This document shows, in pieces, positions 33,638-44,444 of a stretch of 64,000 nucleotides of DNA. Below the pieces are notes generated by a model. It had not been told where the DNA came from. It did no database searches and worked only from the letters and a program-made list of their open reading frames with translations. Every line of letters starts with the position of its first letter. Within the stretch, counting starts at the first letter, position 1. A program made the translations under genes and the position numbers. The stretch comes from a virus (taxonomy: Duplodnaviria; Caudoviricetes): positions 96,001 to 160,000 of IMG/VR virus record IMGVR_UViG_3300033066_001295, one strand, 5' to 3'.

Positions 33638-34525
33638 GCCACTGTAGTAAAGAGAAAGTTGAGCAAGGGAACAATCTCACCCCTGCGGTAAGTGCTCTTC
33701 AATGAGCTTGGTAAGATGTGCCATGATCGTCACAAGCCTCAATGTTGATGACTCTATGCGGGCCAGCAGAGTCGCGTGGCTGGTAGGTTCCGGTGATCTT
33801 GACTCCGATAGTCGTGTCACCACGATTCAGGTGCATGTTAGAGGTGAGGGTCATGGCGGAGCTATTCCAAGCGCATTTAGATTCATCCATATGACAATCG
33901 CATCTAAAGCCAGCACATAAAATATCAGAAGAATCGTTTTCATGGATGTGATTGTTCGATTTCTTGAGCTTGTCCTTCGCATGGTTCTTGCCCTGCACTC
34001 CACTTCCGCATGAATCTCATCCAATGCGTTGTAGCGACGATAAAGGAGCTTGTAACAAACCAGCTATTAACAACAGCATACTTAACCTGATCCTTGTCTA
34101 GCTGGTAACTTACCAAGACTACTTGGTCCTTTTCGAGGTTAAGGAGTGGGCTGCCATCAGCAGCCTCAATTTCAGTGAAACCTGTGCCGATTACCTTACC
34201 ATCTGGGGAAAGCTCAGCAAAGAGAAGCCTGCCTTTTAAGCCCCGGAAAGGACGTATAACAAAACCAAAAGAGGAATTACTCATGTGGTGTTATAGTTAG
34301 AACAGGAAAGTCATCAGTCAAGGTATAACCGTTCAACTCACACCATTTTTGAAGCCTTTGCACTGGGGATGGCATCTTCCCAATCATGGAACAAAGGAAA
34401 AACTCAATACTTTGTTCAAACAGTTTAGGCTCGTAGTCCTTCAAAGCAGCACAGCTTATCGACCACACTCTTCTATCAGAAGCTGCCCTTTGAAAAATGC
34501 TGAGAAGTAATGGGTTGTCTTCCAT

Positions 34526-34556
34526 AAAAAATGGGGTGGCATTTCTGCCACCCCAT
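34526..34556 (-). terminator. intrinsic terminator of the Ro60 gene
   Basis: ATGGGGTGGCA-GAAA-TGCCACCCCAT followed by a T-run. Confidence 0.85.
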
Positions 34557-34571
34557 CGGTTAAGGTTGATG

Positions 34572-36077
34572 TTAGAGTTCGACTGCCTCGATCTCCTTGA
34601 GAAGAGCCTTGCTGTCCACCTCTGAGTTCTTCAGGATGCTGAAGATGTTAGGAGAGAAACCAGCAAGTGGCTTGAACCAAGCCTCTGGAAGAGGGTGGGC
34701 TTCATACCCAGCGAGGTTCCAGAGGTACACCAAGGTGCCACACTTGAACCTGCTCTGGTACTCCCTTACTGCATGAACTGGGGCGGTGTAGCCTTCCCAG
34801 TGCATGTTATCAGACAGGATGATGATTCTGCTGTAGGCCTTCTTCAAGATCGGGAAGATCGTGTTGAAGTTGGTGCCACCCATGTCGCTCTTCAACAGAC
34901 GGGCAATCGTGAAGATTGAGTCATCTGGGTTGAGAGAAACATACTCAGCGGCACTACCGAAGCGAACCACGTCACAGTTGAAAGCCTTCACCATGATGGC
35001 AGCGAACACGTCCGCAGCCTCCAAAGCAGAAAGAGACACCTGCTGCTCACCCTTGCTTCCGTCCTTGCCCTTGGCAAAGGCTACGCCGGTTGTCATTGAA
35101 CCAGAGTGGTCCACAACAACGAGGGTTTCGCCTTCGAGTTCAGGGATGTTCTTGCAAGAGATTTCCATGGCCTTGTTCAAAGCCGTCACAATCGTCCTGC
35201 CGTTCTTGTCCGTGGCATCCACGGCCTTTGCGGCGAGCAGGAAGTGATATGGGAACAGCTTCGAGTTGGCAATAGCCTTCTCGTTGGTTAGGAACTCAGC
35301 AAGGGTATCAGCCATGTCAGGAGCTTCCTTGAGGATGTTACGCACGTTGCGAACAGCCGCAAAGTAACCAAGCTTCTTCTCCTTGAGAAGTTCGCGCCAG
35401 TTGTTGGCAAGAGCTTCCACCTTGTCTTCTTCGGACAAGTTTTCAGCCTTGGCAGCCTGACCGGTCTGGGTCCTCTTGACTTCCCACGTTTCAGCAGGAG
35501 CAAGCGTACCCTTCACAAGGGCTGACAATGGAGCACTAGCTGGTGGGTGAAGCAGGTTCACTGCATCAATCAGCTTGAAGTCACCGTTACCCTTGTACTT
35601 GCTGATCTGGTAGTTGTCGAAGCGGGCCAGACGTTCACCGAGACCCTTGCGCATTGCGTTTGTGATGCGCTTCTTACCGAAACGACCAAGAACACAGGAG
35701 GTGATCTCCGTCACGTCATCAGGGCGGTATGCCACCTTGCTGAAGAAGCTCTTTGCCCATGGCTTACCCTGACAAAGCTGTGACACTTCTGCTGCCACGA
35801 GATGACTCGTGGAACGCATGTCAAACTTCATACGGGTGTAAATTGCCGCCTTGGCTGCAAACTCAGGCTTCACCTTGTTCACCAATTCAAGCAGTCTCTT
35901 AGCTGCTTCGTCACCACTCCGGTAAGCCTGATTCTGGAGCTTTGAAGCTGCCAGTAGCTGTACCAGTTCCAGTTCAGGAGAGGACTTGAAGGCCTCGCCA
36001 CCTGCACGGTTTACTGTCTTCTGTGCTTCGAGGGTTGAACCTGAAGCCACTTTTCTGCCTGTTGCGTACTTGCTCAT
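34572..36077 (-). CDS. rsr: Ro60/Rsr TROVE-domain RNA-binding protein with vWA domain
   Basis: VNRAGGEAF, RFDNYQISKY, ETWEV, LGYFAAVRNVRN, MIDAS motif VDHSGSM, GGTNF, ILSDN. Confidence 0.92.
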   Translation of the reverse strand: MSKYATGRKVASGSTLEAQKTVNRAGGEAFKSSPELELVQLLAASKLQNQAYRSGDEAAKRLLELVNKVKPEFAAKAAIYTRMKFDMRSTSHLVAAEVSQLCQGKPWAKSFFSKVAYRPDDVTEITSCVLGRFGKKRITNAMRKGLGERLARFDNYQISKYKGNGDFKLIDAVNLLHPPASAPLSALVKGTLAPAETWEVKRTQTGQAAKAENLSEEDKVEALANNWRELLKEKKLGYFAAVRNVRNILKEAPDMADTLAEFLTNEKAIANSKLFPYHFLLAAKAVDATDKNGRTIVTALNKAMEISCKNIPELEGETLVVVDHSGSMTTGVAFAKGKDGSKGEQQVSLSALEAADVFAAIMVKAFNCDVVRFGSAAEYVSLNPDDSIFTIARLLKSDMGGTNFNTIFPILKKAYSRIIILSDNMHWEGYTAPVHAVREYQSRFKCGTLVYLWNLAGYEAHPLPEAWFKPLAGFSPNIFSILKNSEVDSKALLKEIEAVEL

Positions 36078-38464
36078 TGTAATAGAGGATTGCTGCTATT
36101 GTTTGATTGCCCAACCGTAGTGAATGGGCGAGTGACACTTTAACTGATGTCGGACACGTGTCAAATCAATTCAAGATATTTGACTCAACACCTCTTCGCA
36201 TGGGCTGTGTTAAAGATGTGCTCACAAGAGGGTATTAGAAAGTCGTTGATAGTCATTTCAAAAACCCTTCGAGCTTTGAGATTAGCTTCTCAGTTGGTAT
36301 GATAGTTGGCTTACCCTTGAAGGTGCCGTGTTCAAAGAACCCCTCTTTGAACAGGAAGTCATAAGCTGTGCCATTATCAACAAGACCGTTGCCATGAAAA
36401 CCACGATCACACTTGTCAAAGGAGAAGGCCTCACCATGGTTAGTCAGGTTAATGACACAAGCATGGACAGTCTCGCAGATCATGTACTCCCTCTCTGAAG
36501 CACGACCTCCAAAGGGAGCCATAAACTCACATAGACTCCATGGGTCCTTGATCTTTTTGGCAACAGCTTTTATGCGGTCTTCAAAGCTCATTGCACCACC
36601 CCTTTCTTCATAAGGTCGATGATGCCGGAAGCCAGACGGATAGGGTCCTTCTCACCTTTTGGAAAAGCGGCGGCAGCCCGGATCAAACATGTCACTGCTT
36701 TTTCCAAGTCAGCGAATGAAACCTTGCCAGAGAAAGGAACATAAGCAAAACCGTTGTGGGTTTCACCCCCGATAAGCTCACCTTCAAAGCCAAGCCTGAC
36801 GCCGAGCTTCTGAGCAACCGTGCGGTGGTCACTCTCTGGAGGAGTGGACGTATCAACTTGAAGGGTTGATGTCTTACCACTGGCTGTTTTGGCGACAATG
36901 TACTTTTTGCCGCCCCGTTTGATGACTGATGTTGTAATGGCTTGCATGATTATTGATGTTGTTGGTTAGATTAAGTTCACTTCCACATAGTGTTTGCTGC
37001 CATCAATCAGCACGTCAAAGCAGCAACCTGCTTTTTGGACAGACCTGATATAGCTGGTGAAATGTGTCTTGACTGTCCTACCATCTGGATAAACAGCCAC
37101 AACGGGGAGGGCTGAGCAATCGACAAGACACTTTTGAAAGTCTTCCTTGCGGGCAATGTAGCTGGATGGTGTAACTGGGTTGCTCATATTAGAGTGATGG
37201 TTGTTGTCGTTTGGGATTCAGCTAATGTAACTTTCACAGTCTCGTCGTCTATGATCACTAAGGTCCTGATGGGGCTGTTAAGCTGTGTTCTCACACACAA
37301 GCCATCGCCATAAACGGCTACAACCCTGAGACATTTACCTTTTAGGGCACTTTCAGCCACCTCAGATGAGGCAGCTAGATATGCTATAATTTTACGTTTC
37401 ATGTGTCTTGAGTGCTTTGCGTGCGTCGGCAATGTCTGCCAGTCTAATTTCGTAGCCTTTTCTCATAAGGCCTGATGCTACTACCTTGCTATTGATGTTG
37501 GTTGTCTCCCACTCATTGAGTGCAGTGAGAACAGTACTAATCTGCCTCTCTGTAAGTGTTATCGTTCTTGCATCCATTGTGCGGCTCCTTCGTAGGTTGT
37601 TGGGGCGTTAAAGCGTTGAAGCGTTTTCTTGACTAGAGGTCCGACACTGCCACTCTTGCGACACAAGGCCGCTGTCATCTTGTAGGCGATGTTTGGAATC
37701 TTCTCACGAGGATAAGCGAACGGCTGCCTGTCATAGGCCTCTTCGAGGTCCTTAATGTGGGCATCCAGAAACATGAGTTGTCGTTCAGACAGGGCATCAC
37801 GCCTCACTACAGGGAAGGGACTTTTGTCGATTGGTATGGTGCAAGTGGAAGGTCCTTTGAGTACGTTTGGCATATCAAAACTGTTTTGCTTTCTCGATTG
37901 TTTTCTTGATCTCTTCAATGGTGGCTCCTGCCTCGACATAGCCTACTGTCCCTTCAGCAAAAGAACTTCTCAAAGACGACAGTTGCAAGAGGCTCTGACG
38001 AAGGCACCTCAGCATATCAGGCACAGCCGAAGGGTTGAGGTTGTGACAGCCATTAACACAAGCAACTACGTGCTCAGCGTTGGCATAGTCCCTATCTTCA
38101 GCCTGCTGCTGCTCCGTCTCAGAAAGACCTTTTTGCTCAGCCTGATCACAACAACCAATAAACTCAATAATGTCTCCCCCTTCAGTTCTACAGTCTTCTG
38201 GGACGATCCTGTAAAAGGTTCCTTTGTGGGCAACCCATGGTGCCAATGTTGGTTTCTTAGCCATATCAATCTTCTTCTAGTACCTCACCGGCTCCTTGAT
38301 CATAGCCTTCGTCCCTTTTGCTCGTAGCATAAAGCTCAACAGCCTCAAGCTGCTCTTGAGTAAGAGTGTTGAGTACCTCAACTGCCTTGACAGTTGATGG
38401 CTTATCGGTGTCTCTCCAGTGAAAGTCATGGACAGTTATCTTTCGTGTGAATCCTTTGATCATA

Positions 38465-38956
38465 TCAGTCGTTGTTGATGACTTCGTGTGAGTCGGTGTA
38501 ACTGGAAAGGATGTTGTAGGCTTCCTCGACCATGCCAGCAGCTTCGAGGATCACTTCAGCAGGCACGGTGCGATCACGCTTGGCGTTGCGTGTAAGGGCG
38601 GTTGCCACTGAAACACGGACATAGCAGATGTGAGTGTTGAAGCCAGCGGACTTGGCGTCAGCGATCCAGCGGGCGATCTTTTCGATGTTCTTGCCCGTGG
38701 TGTCGAGGACGTGTGTCACACCGGTAGCGAGGTGAGCAAAGCGGGCACGCTCAAACAACTGGCTGGAGGCTTCATGCACCAACTGGGGAGCCTTTGGGTC
38801 ATAGCCGGGGATGGTCTTTTTCATCTCGTCCATGTCAAGGATGTCAGCGTTGACAAACTTGGTCTTGGCCACAGTGCTCTTGCCTGCTCCGCCCATGCCA
38901 ATCATGATGATGCAGGTAGGGGTGGTAGTGGTGGTGTTGGTGGTGCTGTTGGACAT
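38465..38956 (-). CDS. P-loop kinase (AAA_33 / polynucleotide kinase-like)
   Basis: Walker A GMGGAGKST, D..D, VLDTT, RNAKRDRTVP lid. Confidence 0.8.
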   Translation of the reverse strand: MSNSTTNTTTTTPTCIIMIGMGGAGKSTVAKTKFVNADILDMDEMKKTIPGYDPKAPQLVHEASSQLFERARFAHLATGVTHVLDTTGKNIEKIARWIADAKSAGFNTHICYVRVSVATALTRNAKRDRTVPAEVILEAAGMVEEAYNILSSYTDSHEVINND

Positions 38957-39308
38957 GTTGCTTACTATATCGAGAGTCAGTCACTTGTCAATCAAAACGC
39001 ACAAAAAAATGAATTTATTTTTCAGTAAGGTTTATTCCACGGAGTTCTGCGAGAGTTGGTTTCATGCTTCCGGTCATGGGGTTTTTGTATCCTCTGGTTT
39101 TCCAGTGTCCAGTTGCCGGAGTTCCATTGAACCTTTTACCGGAGCCGAAAGTGAATACTTCGATTTTAAGAATGCCGTCAGACCGTTCCCATGTGCGGCT
39201 AAACGTGCTTTGATGGACAAGTTTCATGGTGCTGTTGGACATGTTGCCCACTATATCGAGAGTCAGTCACTTGTCAATCAAAATGCACAAAAAAATGAAT
39301 TTATTTTT
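38941..39308. repeat. 82-bp direct repeat (38941-39022 and 39227-39308) containing a promoter and the first codons
   Basis: near-identical copies (3 mismatches), each with the promoter and an MSNST start. Confidence 0.9.
39015..39242 (-). CDS. hypothetical protein flanked by the promoter repeats
   Basis: starts MSNST, 7 nt after the -10 box. Confidence 0.6.
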   Translation of the reverse strand: MSNSTMKLVHQSTFSRTWERSDGILKIEVFTFGSGKRFNGTPATGHWKTRGYKNPMTGSMKPTLAELRGINLTEK

Positions 39309-39464
39309 TGTCGTACTTGTCCGGGAACTTTGCCCGTGTCAGTTCTGGAGGCCCTTTAACTGGGTGCCTTGAGTAGTGGGTAGCTTGCCAACGTCCTGAA
39401 TCTCTCTGGGACTTGGCAAGCCTTTGAGCTTTACGCTTGGCCTTTGTTGCTGGTGATCTTGCCT

Positions 39465-40085
39465 TCATGACCTGATTTCCTTGCGTTGGCGAGCCTTCAG
39501 TGAAGCCATCTTGGCTTTCACTTCAGCATAGGTGTAGGGCTTGAAGTTGTGAGTGTCCACACCCACGTCCATCCTGAGACCGACAGAGTTCAAAGGGGTG
39601 CCGTGCATGTGACCGTGGAGGTGCCAAGACCCATAGGACTTCTTCTCCCACACCTCCAGAGGGAAGTGGTCAAGAACAATCTCCTGATAGGAAGACTGAT
39701 TCTTGCGCTGAACATTGCCTTCAGGATCAATCACCGTAACACGACGACGAACACCAGCCCAGACAAACTTGGGAAGAGTGAGAATATCACGAATCTTCAA
39801 ACCGTCGTCGTGGTTGCCCATGATGAAGATGATGTTCCCATTCAACTGGGAAGAGATTTCCTTCCAGAAGTCGAGATCGACCTTGCCAGCACGACCGAAA
39901 GTGAAGTCACCGATGTGGCAAACAAAGCCTCCGGGAGGCACCACTGAGTTCCACTGCTCAATCATGTGAGCGTCACCATCTCTGGAGTTCCTGAAGGTCT
40001 TCCTCATCCCTTTAGTAGGGTGGTAAAGACCATCGTGACCGAAGTGGTTATCCGCAGTGAAGAAAGTGTTATTTGCATCAAGCAT
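39465..40085 (-). CDS. calcineurin-like metallophosphoesterase
   Basis: ADNHFGH, HIGDF, GNHD, HFP, HLHGHMH, MDVGVD. Confidence 0.9.
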   Translation of the reverse strand: MLDANNTFFTADNHFGHDGLYHPTKGMRKTFRNSRDGDAHMIEQWNSVVPPGGFVCHIGDFTFGRAGKVDLDFWKEISSQLNGNIIFIMGNHDDGLKIRDILTLPKFVWAGVRRRVTVIDPEGNVQRKNQSSYQEIVLDHFPLEVWEKKSYGSWHLHGHMHGTPLNSVGLRMDVGVDTHNFKPYTYAEVKAKMASLKARQRKEIRS

Positions 40086-40972
40086 AACACCAATATATCA
40101 AGAGTCAGTCACTTGTCAACACCATCTTCGGTAGTTTGCAGCTTAACCGACTTTCCGAGAGCATAGTCTTCTCCTCGACCTTGTTCACCCTTCTTAGCCT
40201 CTTTACAGGCACCTTGTCTTTGACAGCTTGAAGCCTGTCAGCAGCCCTTGTGCCTTTGACTTCAAAGAAGACTTCAGCAGCGTCAAAAGACGCTTCAGCA
40301 AGGTCATTTGCAAGTTTGTCGTTGAGGTTTTCAGCACCCCATTCGTTGACTTCCATCATGTAAAGCATGGTAGCCATTTCCGGTATATTAGTTGGAATCA
40401 TTTGGAAATTTTAGGTAAGCAGCTTCTCTGCACCCTTGGTTGAGTTTTAATGTTGTAGAGTCTTCTGGTTTCACTCGTGTGACCTTGCCACCGATGGTGA
40501 CATAGGCCTTCTCTTTCCCACTCTTGGTCCGTACAAGGGTTATAGCACCAGCCTTGCCACGTGAGATCATCCCACTTGGCTGACGGTCGAGCAACCGGAT
40601 TTTTTTGGTGCCTACCACCTCCCATCTGGGAAATAGAAATTCTGTGAGTTTACTTAGCATCTTTGGTAGTTTGAAGTGCTTCATATGCAGTGCAAGTTAA
40701 GCACCACTCTTCTGGGTCTTCACTGTTATGGGCTGAACAACCACACCAAACACCATGATCCCAGCACTCACAGGTTGATTTTGATGTGATAAACTCCAAG
40801 GCTTTTCTATGGCTAGCATTCTCAGCTTTTAGCCTGTCGATAAAGCCACCTATAGCTTCGGCAAGGTAATTTCTCTCCCCACTCATTTTTCATCAGTCTC
40901 CCTCCATAATAAAGTTTTCGTGTGTGGTCTTCACGTTATATCCTCTGCGGCACTGTAGTTACCTTCGTACAT

Positions 40973-42007
40973 TTATTTGAAATCTGGTCCGCAAAGCACA
41001 CCTGAAGCCCTGCGGTATGACACCTGACCGGAGCGGGTGACCTCCTTGGAACCAAGCAGAAGGCCATTGGCGTTCCTGTAGGTGGTGATGGTTCTGTCAC
41101 CCAAGTCTTGAGGCTTCTCGATGAAGGTTTGATAGTGACCTGCTGCATCACGGACAACGCCACTTCCATCAGGGCGGCTCTCAATCACACCGAGAAGCCT
41201 GTTGCCACCGTCACGCACTGCTGAAGTTCCCGCTGAAGTTTGGGCTTCCTGAACAGCAATGATGTTGCCTGCTGCATTCCTCACCGTGGTGTTGCCAACG
41301 GCATCTTGGCCGTAGGTTTGCTGAACAAGGCGACCAGCCGGGTCACGGACATTGCCGGGGTAAACAGGAAGTGTGGCAATGTTTGGGGCTGAACTTGAGA
41401 ACTTCGAGCTACCACCTGTAGGGTGGTCATCTTGAGGTGCTGGAGCGTAACGCGGAAGGGTTGAAAGCGGGGAGGAAGCCGAAGTGTTGGTGTAGCTTGA
41501 TCCATACTCCTCGACACCAAACTCATCTGTCTTGGAGACACTACGTCCCCAACCCCTGCTTCCATTGATAATTCTCCCCTCAGAGTCAAATATGTCTCTC
41601 CGGTCAACCTGATAGCCGTACTCCTGAGCAACTCTCTCACGAATACGGGCTTGACGGAACATAGCCGCCTTGCTCATAACAACCATGTTCTCACCAAAGG
41701 CAAACTGCCTGATGAATGAGCCGATGATGAAAGGAGCAAACAGAATGAAAACTCCAACCCCAAAGCTCATACCGATGCTTGGACCAAGGAGGGGAGCGAT
41801 AAGCCCGCTGTAGCAGAACTTTTTGACAAGTGAGTGCCACATGCCGATGAACTTCACACCGAGCCTGTGCTGCCAGATGAGACCTGCGACGGCAAACACC
41901 GCTGTGTAAAAGAGAACCCCGAGAAGGCTTGTCTTTTCAACACCATACAGATACAGCCCGTAGGGCAGACCCGACCATGTTGTGAGCTTTGCAAAGAAGA
42001 GTTTCAT
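40973..42007 (-). CDS. membrane protein with C-terminal beta-repeat region
   Basis: N-terminal hydrophobic helices; repeated VRD/NxxG motifs. Confidence 0.6.
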   Translation of the reverse strand: MKLFFAKLTTWSGLPYGLYLYGVEKTSLLGVLFYTAVFAVAGLIWQHRLGVKFIGMWHSLVKKFCYSGLIAPLLGPSIGMSFGVGVFILFAPFIIGSFIRQFAFGENMVVMSKAAMFRQARIRERVAQEYGYQVDRRDIFDSEGRIINGSRGWGRSVSKTDEFGVEEYGSSYTNTSASSPLSTLPRYAPAPQDDHPTGGSSKFSSSAPNIATLPVYPGNVRDPAGRLVQQTYGQDAVGNTTVRNAAGNIIAVQEAQTSAGTSAVRDGGNRLLGVIESRPDGSGVVRDAAGHYQTFIEKPQDLGDRTITTYRNANGLLLGSKEVTRSGQVSYRRASGVLCGPDFK

Positions 42008-42064
42008 GGCTCCAACTATATCAAGATGAAGCCAAAAGTAAAGCAGAAACTCAAGTTTTATTTA

Positions 42065-42486
42065 TGGTGGAGACGAGCGGAGTTGAACCGCTGTGTTTTG
42101 CGCTTTCCCGGTTTGAGGAATTACAAGCTTGTTCACTATTTCGCCTCGAACCGGCTATCCTGATTACCTCACAGGAATTGGTTTCTGGTTGCTTGCCTGC
42201 ATCCCTCTACCAGCAATTGGGATTCTGTATTGAGATCAAAGGGGCAGCGTCAGGACAGGACAGCCACTACTACCCCTCCTCGGTTAGACCAATACTGCTT
42301 CATCAGCAGTAGCGAACTTTGCGAGCGTTGCGTCAGCGTTGTCCTTGATGGACTCAGCCTCAGCAATGAGAGCTTCGATGTTATCGTTAGCGTTTATGTT
42401 TTGGGTGGACTTGATAACGGAGGAGTTTTCCCAACTCCGGCTTGCCTCAAACAAAGAACACACAAAGTCGAAACCAGTACGTCCCC
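42065..42486 (-). ncRNA. ssrA: tmRNA
   Basis: 5' GGGGACGTACTGGTTTCGAC; 3' CAGCGGTTCAACTCCGCTCGTCTCCACCA with a G3:U pair; tag frame 42391-42284 begins ANDN. Confidence 0.93.
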
Positions 42487-42661
42487 ATTATTGACACCTG
42501 AAGATACGCCTCTGGACCTTTCTGTCAAAAAGAAAATGGCCGGGAGTGTTTTCTCCCGGCCATAACCGAATCACATTGGCGTTTTGTGTTAGCACTTCAT
42601 GGCGTTGTCCTCCTTTGTTGTTGGCGAGATTTCGAGTAGAGACCGATTTGGTCAGGCAGAC

Positions 42662-42689
42662 ACTATATCGAAAGTCAGTCACTTGTCAA
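42662..42689 (-). promoter_or_regulatory. conserved phage promoter driving a short non-coding or minigene transcript
   Basis: TTGACAAGTGACTGACTTTCGATATAGT with no adjacent ATG; terminator hairpin at about 42530-42563. Confidence 0.8.
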
Positions 42690-43273
42690 GACTGGTGAGC
42701 AAGAAATACTTCCCAGTCCTTGATGTTGTACGGGTTCCTGACAGTGATCGAACGAGGTCTTGGCTTTGGTGCCGTAGGCTTCTTCAACAGCTTCAAACCG
42801 GCCTCTTCAGGGGTGCGGTTGTCCTTCTTCGAGTTCACCTTCACATGCGACAAAACCAAGTTGTCGAAGGATGTCTTGCCTCCTCTGGAAGCAGGTATCA
42901 CATGATCAAGATTGGCCTCGTGGAAGTCCACTTTGCGACCGGTGTATTGGCAGGTGCCGCCGTCACGCTCATAGATGGTCTTCTTTGACAGCTTGGGAGT
43001 GCTCAGGATCACCTTGTTGAAAGACGTGCATACCACGACAGTGGGGCAGCGAATGGCACCCCTGACAGTCTTGACACCAATGTCACCCTCCCGCACTGGA
43101 AGGTTCAGCCACTGGTTCCATGGCACTGGATTCATGCTATCCCCGTCAATATCGAGAGCGACCATGCGATCAGTAGCCATCTGAGACAGTGCGTCTTCAG
43201 GTGTGGTAGTGTCATGGACTTGCCAACTCTTGGTCAAGACTAGAACTACTCTTTTGTCGATGCAACTTGTCAT
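42686..43273 (-). CDS. HNH endonuclease (McrA-like)
   Basis: IYERDGGTCQYTG, NLDHVIPASRGG, NLV...NSKKDNRTPEEAG. Confidence 0.9.
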   Translation of the reverse strand: MTSCIDKRVVLVLTKSWQVHDTTTPEDALSQMATDRMVALDIDGDSMNPVPWNQWLNLPVREGDIGVKTVRGAIRCPTVVVCTSFNKVILSTPKLSKKTIYERDGGTCQYTGRKVDFHEANLDHVIPASRGGKTSFDNLVLSHVKVNSKKDNRTPEEAGLKLLKKPTAPKPRPRSITVRNPYNIKDWEVFLAHQS

Positions 43274-43982
43274 ATTTCAAATCACTTAATATATCAAGAT
43301 TCAACAAAAACGCAACTGATTTCTGCTTTGGATTTTCAGGGTCAAAGGACGCCTGCTTTCTACAATTGTCTTTAGCCCACATAGGTTGAAGGTTACGCCA
43401 GTTAAAGCATTTGATCTGAAGGTCTGGACGAGACAGGTCAAAAGCACAGCAAGGAATCACGTGATCAAGGTGTATCTCACCCTGCATAAATTTCTCCAAA
43501 GACATGCCTTCTGTAAACAAGCTTTTGATATGGTCTATAAGGTCTTGAATGGAGCAACCTACTAAATCAAAAACACGATTTGACCTTGTAGCTGATTGAG
43601 ACCGCAGAGCATGATTTACACGTCTCCTTAAATTACTACCTATTTTAGCTGCTAGATTTGACTGTAGATTAGCCCTTCGTGCATTGTTGCATTTAGCTTT
43701 GTTTCTTTGGTAGTATGAGCGTGCGTGCTTCCGTGTTACTTCCTTGTTATCCTCGCTTGATGAACGCCACTTCAGCGTATAGCTAACACACTTTTGCCTG
43801 TTCTTCTCTCTCCACTCTTTGAGATATGACTTTCGATCAGGGCTAGAGTTATGCCTCTTGCTATACTCGGCACCCTTTTCAGGGTTCTTCTCTCTCCACG
43901 CCTTGTCATACGCGGCACGAGTAGGTGTGGGGGAATTCAAACAGAAAGCGGATGGCTTCTTCAAATTCGAGTGCAAGCTCAT
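43212..43982 (-). CDS. HNH-type homing endonuclease
   Basis: basic N-terminal repeats; LVGCS, HLDHVIPC, CFNWRNLQPMWAKDNCRK. Confidence 0.8.
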   Translation of the reverse strand: MSLHSNLKKPSAFCLNSPTPTRAAYDKAWREKNPEKGAEYSKRHNSSPDRKSYLKEWREKNRQKCVSYTLKWRSSSEDNKEVTRKHARSYYQRNKAKCNNARRANLQSNLAAKIGSNLRRRVNHALRSQSATRSNRVFDLVGCSIQDLIDHIKSLFTEGMSLEKFMQGEIHLDHVIPCCAFDLSRPDLQIKCFNWRNLQPMWAKDNCRKQASFDPENPKQKSVAFLLNLDILSDLKYDKLHRQKSSSSLDQELASP

Positions 43983-44364
43983 AGACAGGCACCGGGAGCT
44001 TGTTCATCACATGGGCGAGCCAGCGGTGGTTTCCGTCCAGAATGAAGTCGTCACGTGAGGTGAGGATCGGCTTGGCAAGAACTGCCGGTTCAACGTCACC
44101 CATGTGCTTGGCCTTCAGCTTGTCGATATGCTGGTGAGGGCGAAGCTTTTCAGCGGGGTCAATGGTGGCACTGCGAATGCAGATGCCTCGATCAGAAGCA
44201 AACTTGAAAAGCTCCGGGTAGAACTTCTCATCGACTTGAGGCATGACAGGGCGAGGGACATAAAATGCCTCGCGCTCACCACCCTTGTAAAACTTGCCGT
44301 TGAGCGGGTCAATTTCGCCGCCTTTTGGGGCACGTTCGTGAATTTTGCTGTCGTACCAACTCAT
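43906..44364 (-). CDS. ParB/Srx-like domain protein
   Basis: KPILTSRDDFILDGNHRWLA; promoter at 44373-44400. Confidence 0.7.
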   Translation of the reverse strand: MSWYDSKIHERAPKGGEIDPLNGKFYKGGEREAFYVPRPVMPQVDEKFYPELFKFASDRGICIRSATIDPAEKLRPHQHIDKLKAKHMGDVEPAVLAKPILTSRDDFILDGNHRWLAHVMNKLPVPVYELALEFEEAIRFLFEFPHTYSCRV

Positions 44365-44444
44365 AGGCAGACAGTATATCAAGAGTAGAACTCCTGTCAA
44401 ATTGATAATGATTGACTGTGCCGGTTAAAAGTTGAGAGTACCAA

